A stretch of 64,000 bases of DNA from Basidiobolus meristosporus CBS 931.73 (lineage: Eukaryota > Fungi > Basidiobolomycota): assembly GCA_002104905.1 (NCBI GenBank), contig MCFE01000110.1, forward strand, positions 62,001 to 126,000. Reading direction: 5' to 3'. The position numbers and the translations under genes are program-made. Positions 63,094 to 64,000 of the stretch are shown here, piece after piece. The notes under the pieces were generated by a model. That model had not been told where the DNA came from. It did no database searches and worked only from the letters and a program-made list of their open reading frames with translations. Every line of letters starts with the position of its first letter. The stretch's first letter is position 1.

Positions 63094-64000
63094 TACCTGG
63101 GAAACCAGAACCTGAATGTATAGATTGCTCGGCCATAGAGTAGAATTGCATTGCAGAAGCAACGGCCATTCTCAAAACCCGTGAAAGATTACTTTAGCAC
63201 GACCAAGACATCCTAACTGGCTTGGAGTACTCTTTAGCTCATTGTTCGCCTTCTGGCTAGATGCCGTCATCGATGATATTTCTCAAGTGCAACCGAAAAC
63301 GGACTGCCAGTCCACCCATGGCCAGTGTTGCTGAAACCACATGTCTCCCATCACTGGATATTGAGGGCACAGAGCTGGTACGATGCTAATCAATGGGCAC
63401 CCAGTGCGGATGAAGTAGATCATAACGTGTAGTTGCATGAGGAATAGTGATCTTTCTTTTCACCAAGCCATCCTATCACTCAAACAAATAATCCACAGTA
63501 AATTGGCTCGATATTTCTGTTGATCCGCCCATATGAGTTCAATATAAATAACTGGAAATGAATACGAGGGATGCGTTCAAATGCGTCAATTTCGCAGAAG
63601 ATACAAGCGGCGCTTTCAGGTGGGTTGTAGAACCTAACCGATTGCCCCAGAAGGGCTCAGGTACATGTCTGAGTATTTCGATGTTGCTGACGATTGTCCA
63701 TTCTACATCACGGGATGTGTAGGCACATATTTTCTGTCTATTGCCCACGTAGTATAATGGTGTTTTCATAAGACCAAAGTACTTGATGATGGCTTTCAGA
63801 TCAAATCAAGTGCCAACGGAGTTCTCACTGAAGGGTTAGAAACAGAGGCAGTCGGATTCTCCCTGATGAGTAGATTGGCAGGCACGTGAGCTTGGTGTGC
63901 AAAGCAAGTGAATGTGGTTCATCACATATATCAAAGGGGTTCTGATATGCAGCATTTCAACATGAACTAAGCGAGCTGGTCCCTCAAAAATAAAGAAAAC

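Noticed and set aside
63000-64000. Short ORFs near the window end (e.g. 63539-63769)
   Set aside because: No recognisable product; could be a gene fragment cut by the window, but this is unsupported.

Overview
Eukaryotic genomic DNA from a fungus with short GT-AG introns of about 50-80 nt. The gene content suggests an early-diverging, non-Dikarya lineage (inference). Bases 1-~6000 are a decayed, strongly CpG-depleted transposon block: a Ty1/copia RT-RNaseH pseudogene, three tandem copia 3' ends/LTRs and disrupted unknown ORFs. The rest is gene-dense. It holds an HRI-like eIF2alpha kinase, a flavin/biliverdin-reductase-like Rossmann protein, five Tyr-type GSTs in two oppositely oriented clusters, a PAS-PAS protein, Pac2/Gti1, COX12, VPS45, AFG3, PacC, a GNAT, a KH protein (HEK2-like), SPO22/ZIP4, a GCN4-like bZIP with uORFs, two C2H2 paralogs, TVP18, RPL34, MGS1, IBA57 and MnSOD. 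The most striking feature is on the minus strand at 10701-14490. Three separate ORFs there can be joined by canonical, phase-compatible introns into one ~1196-aa protein with no obvious signal peptide: PH domain + beta-propeller repeats + tectonin lectin propeller + class-3 lipase + PLAT/LH2. I do not recognise this architecture. All assignments were made by eye from motifs; no searches were run.
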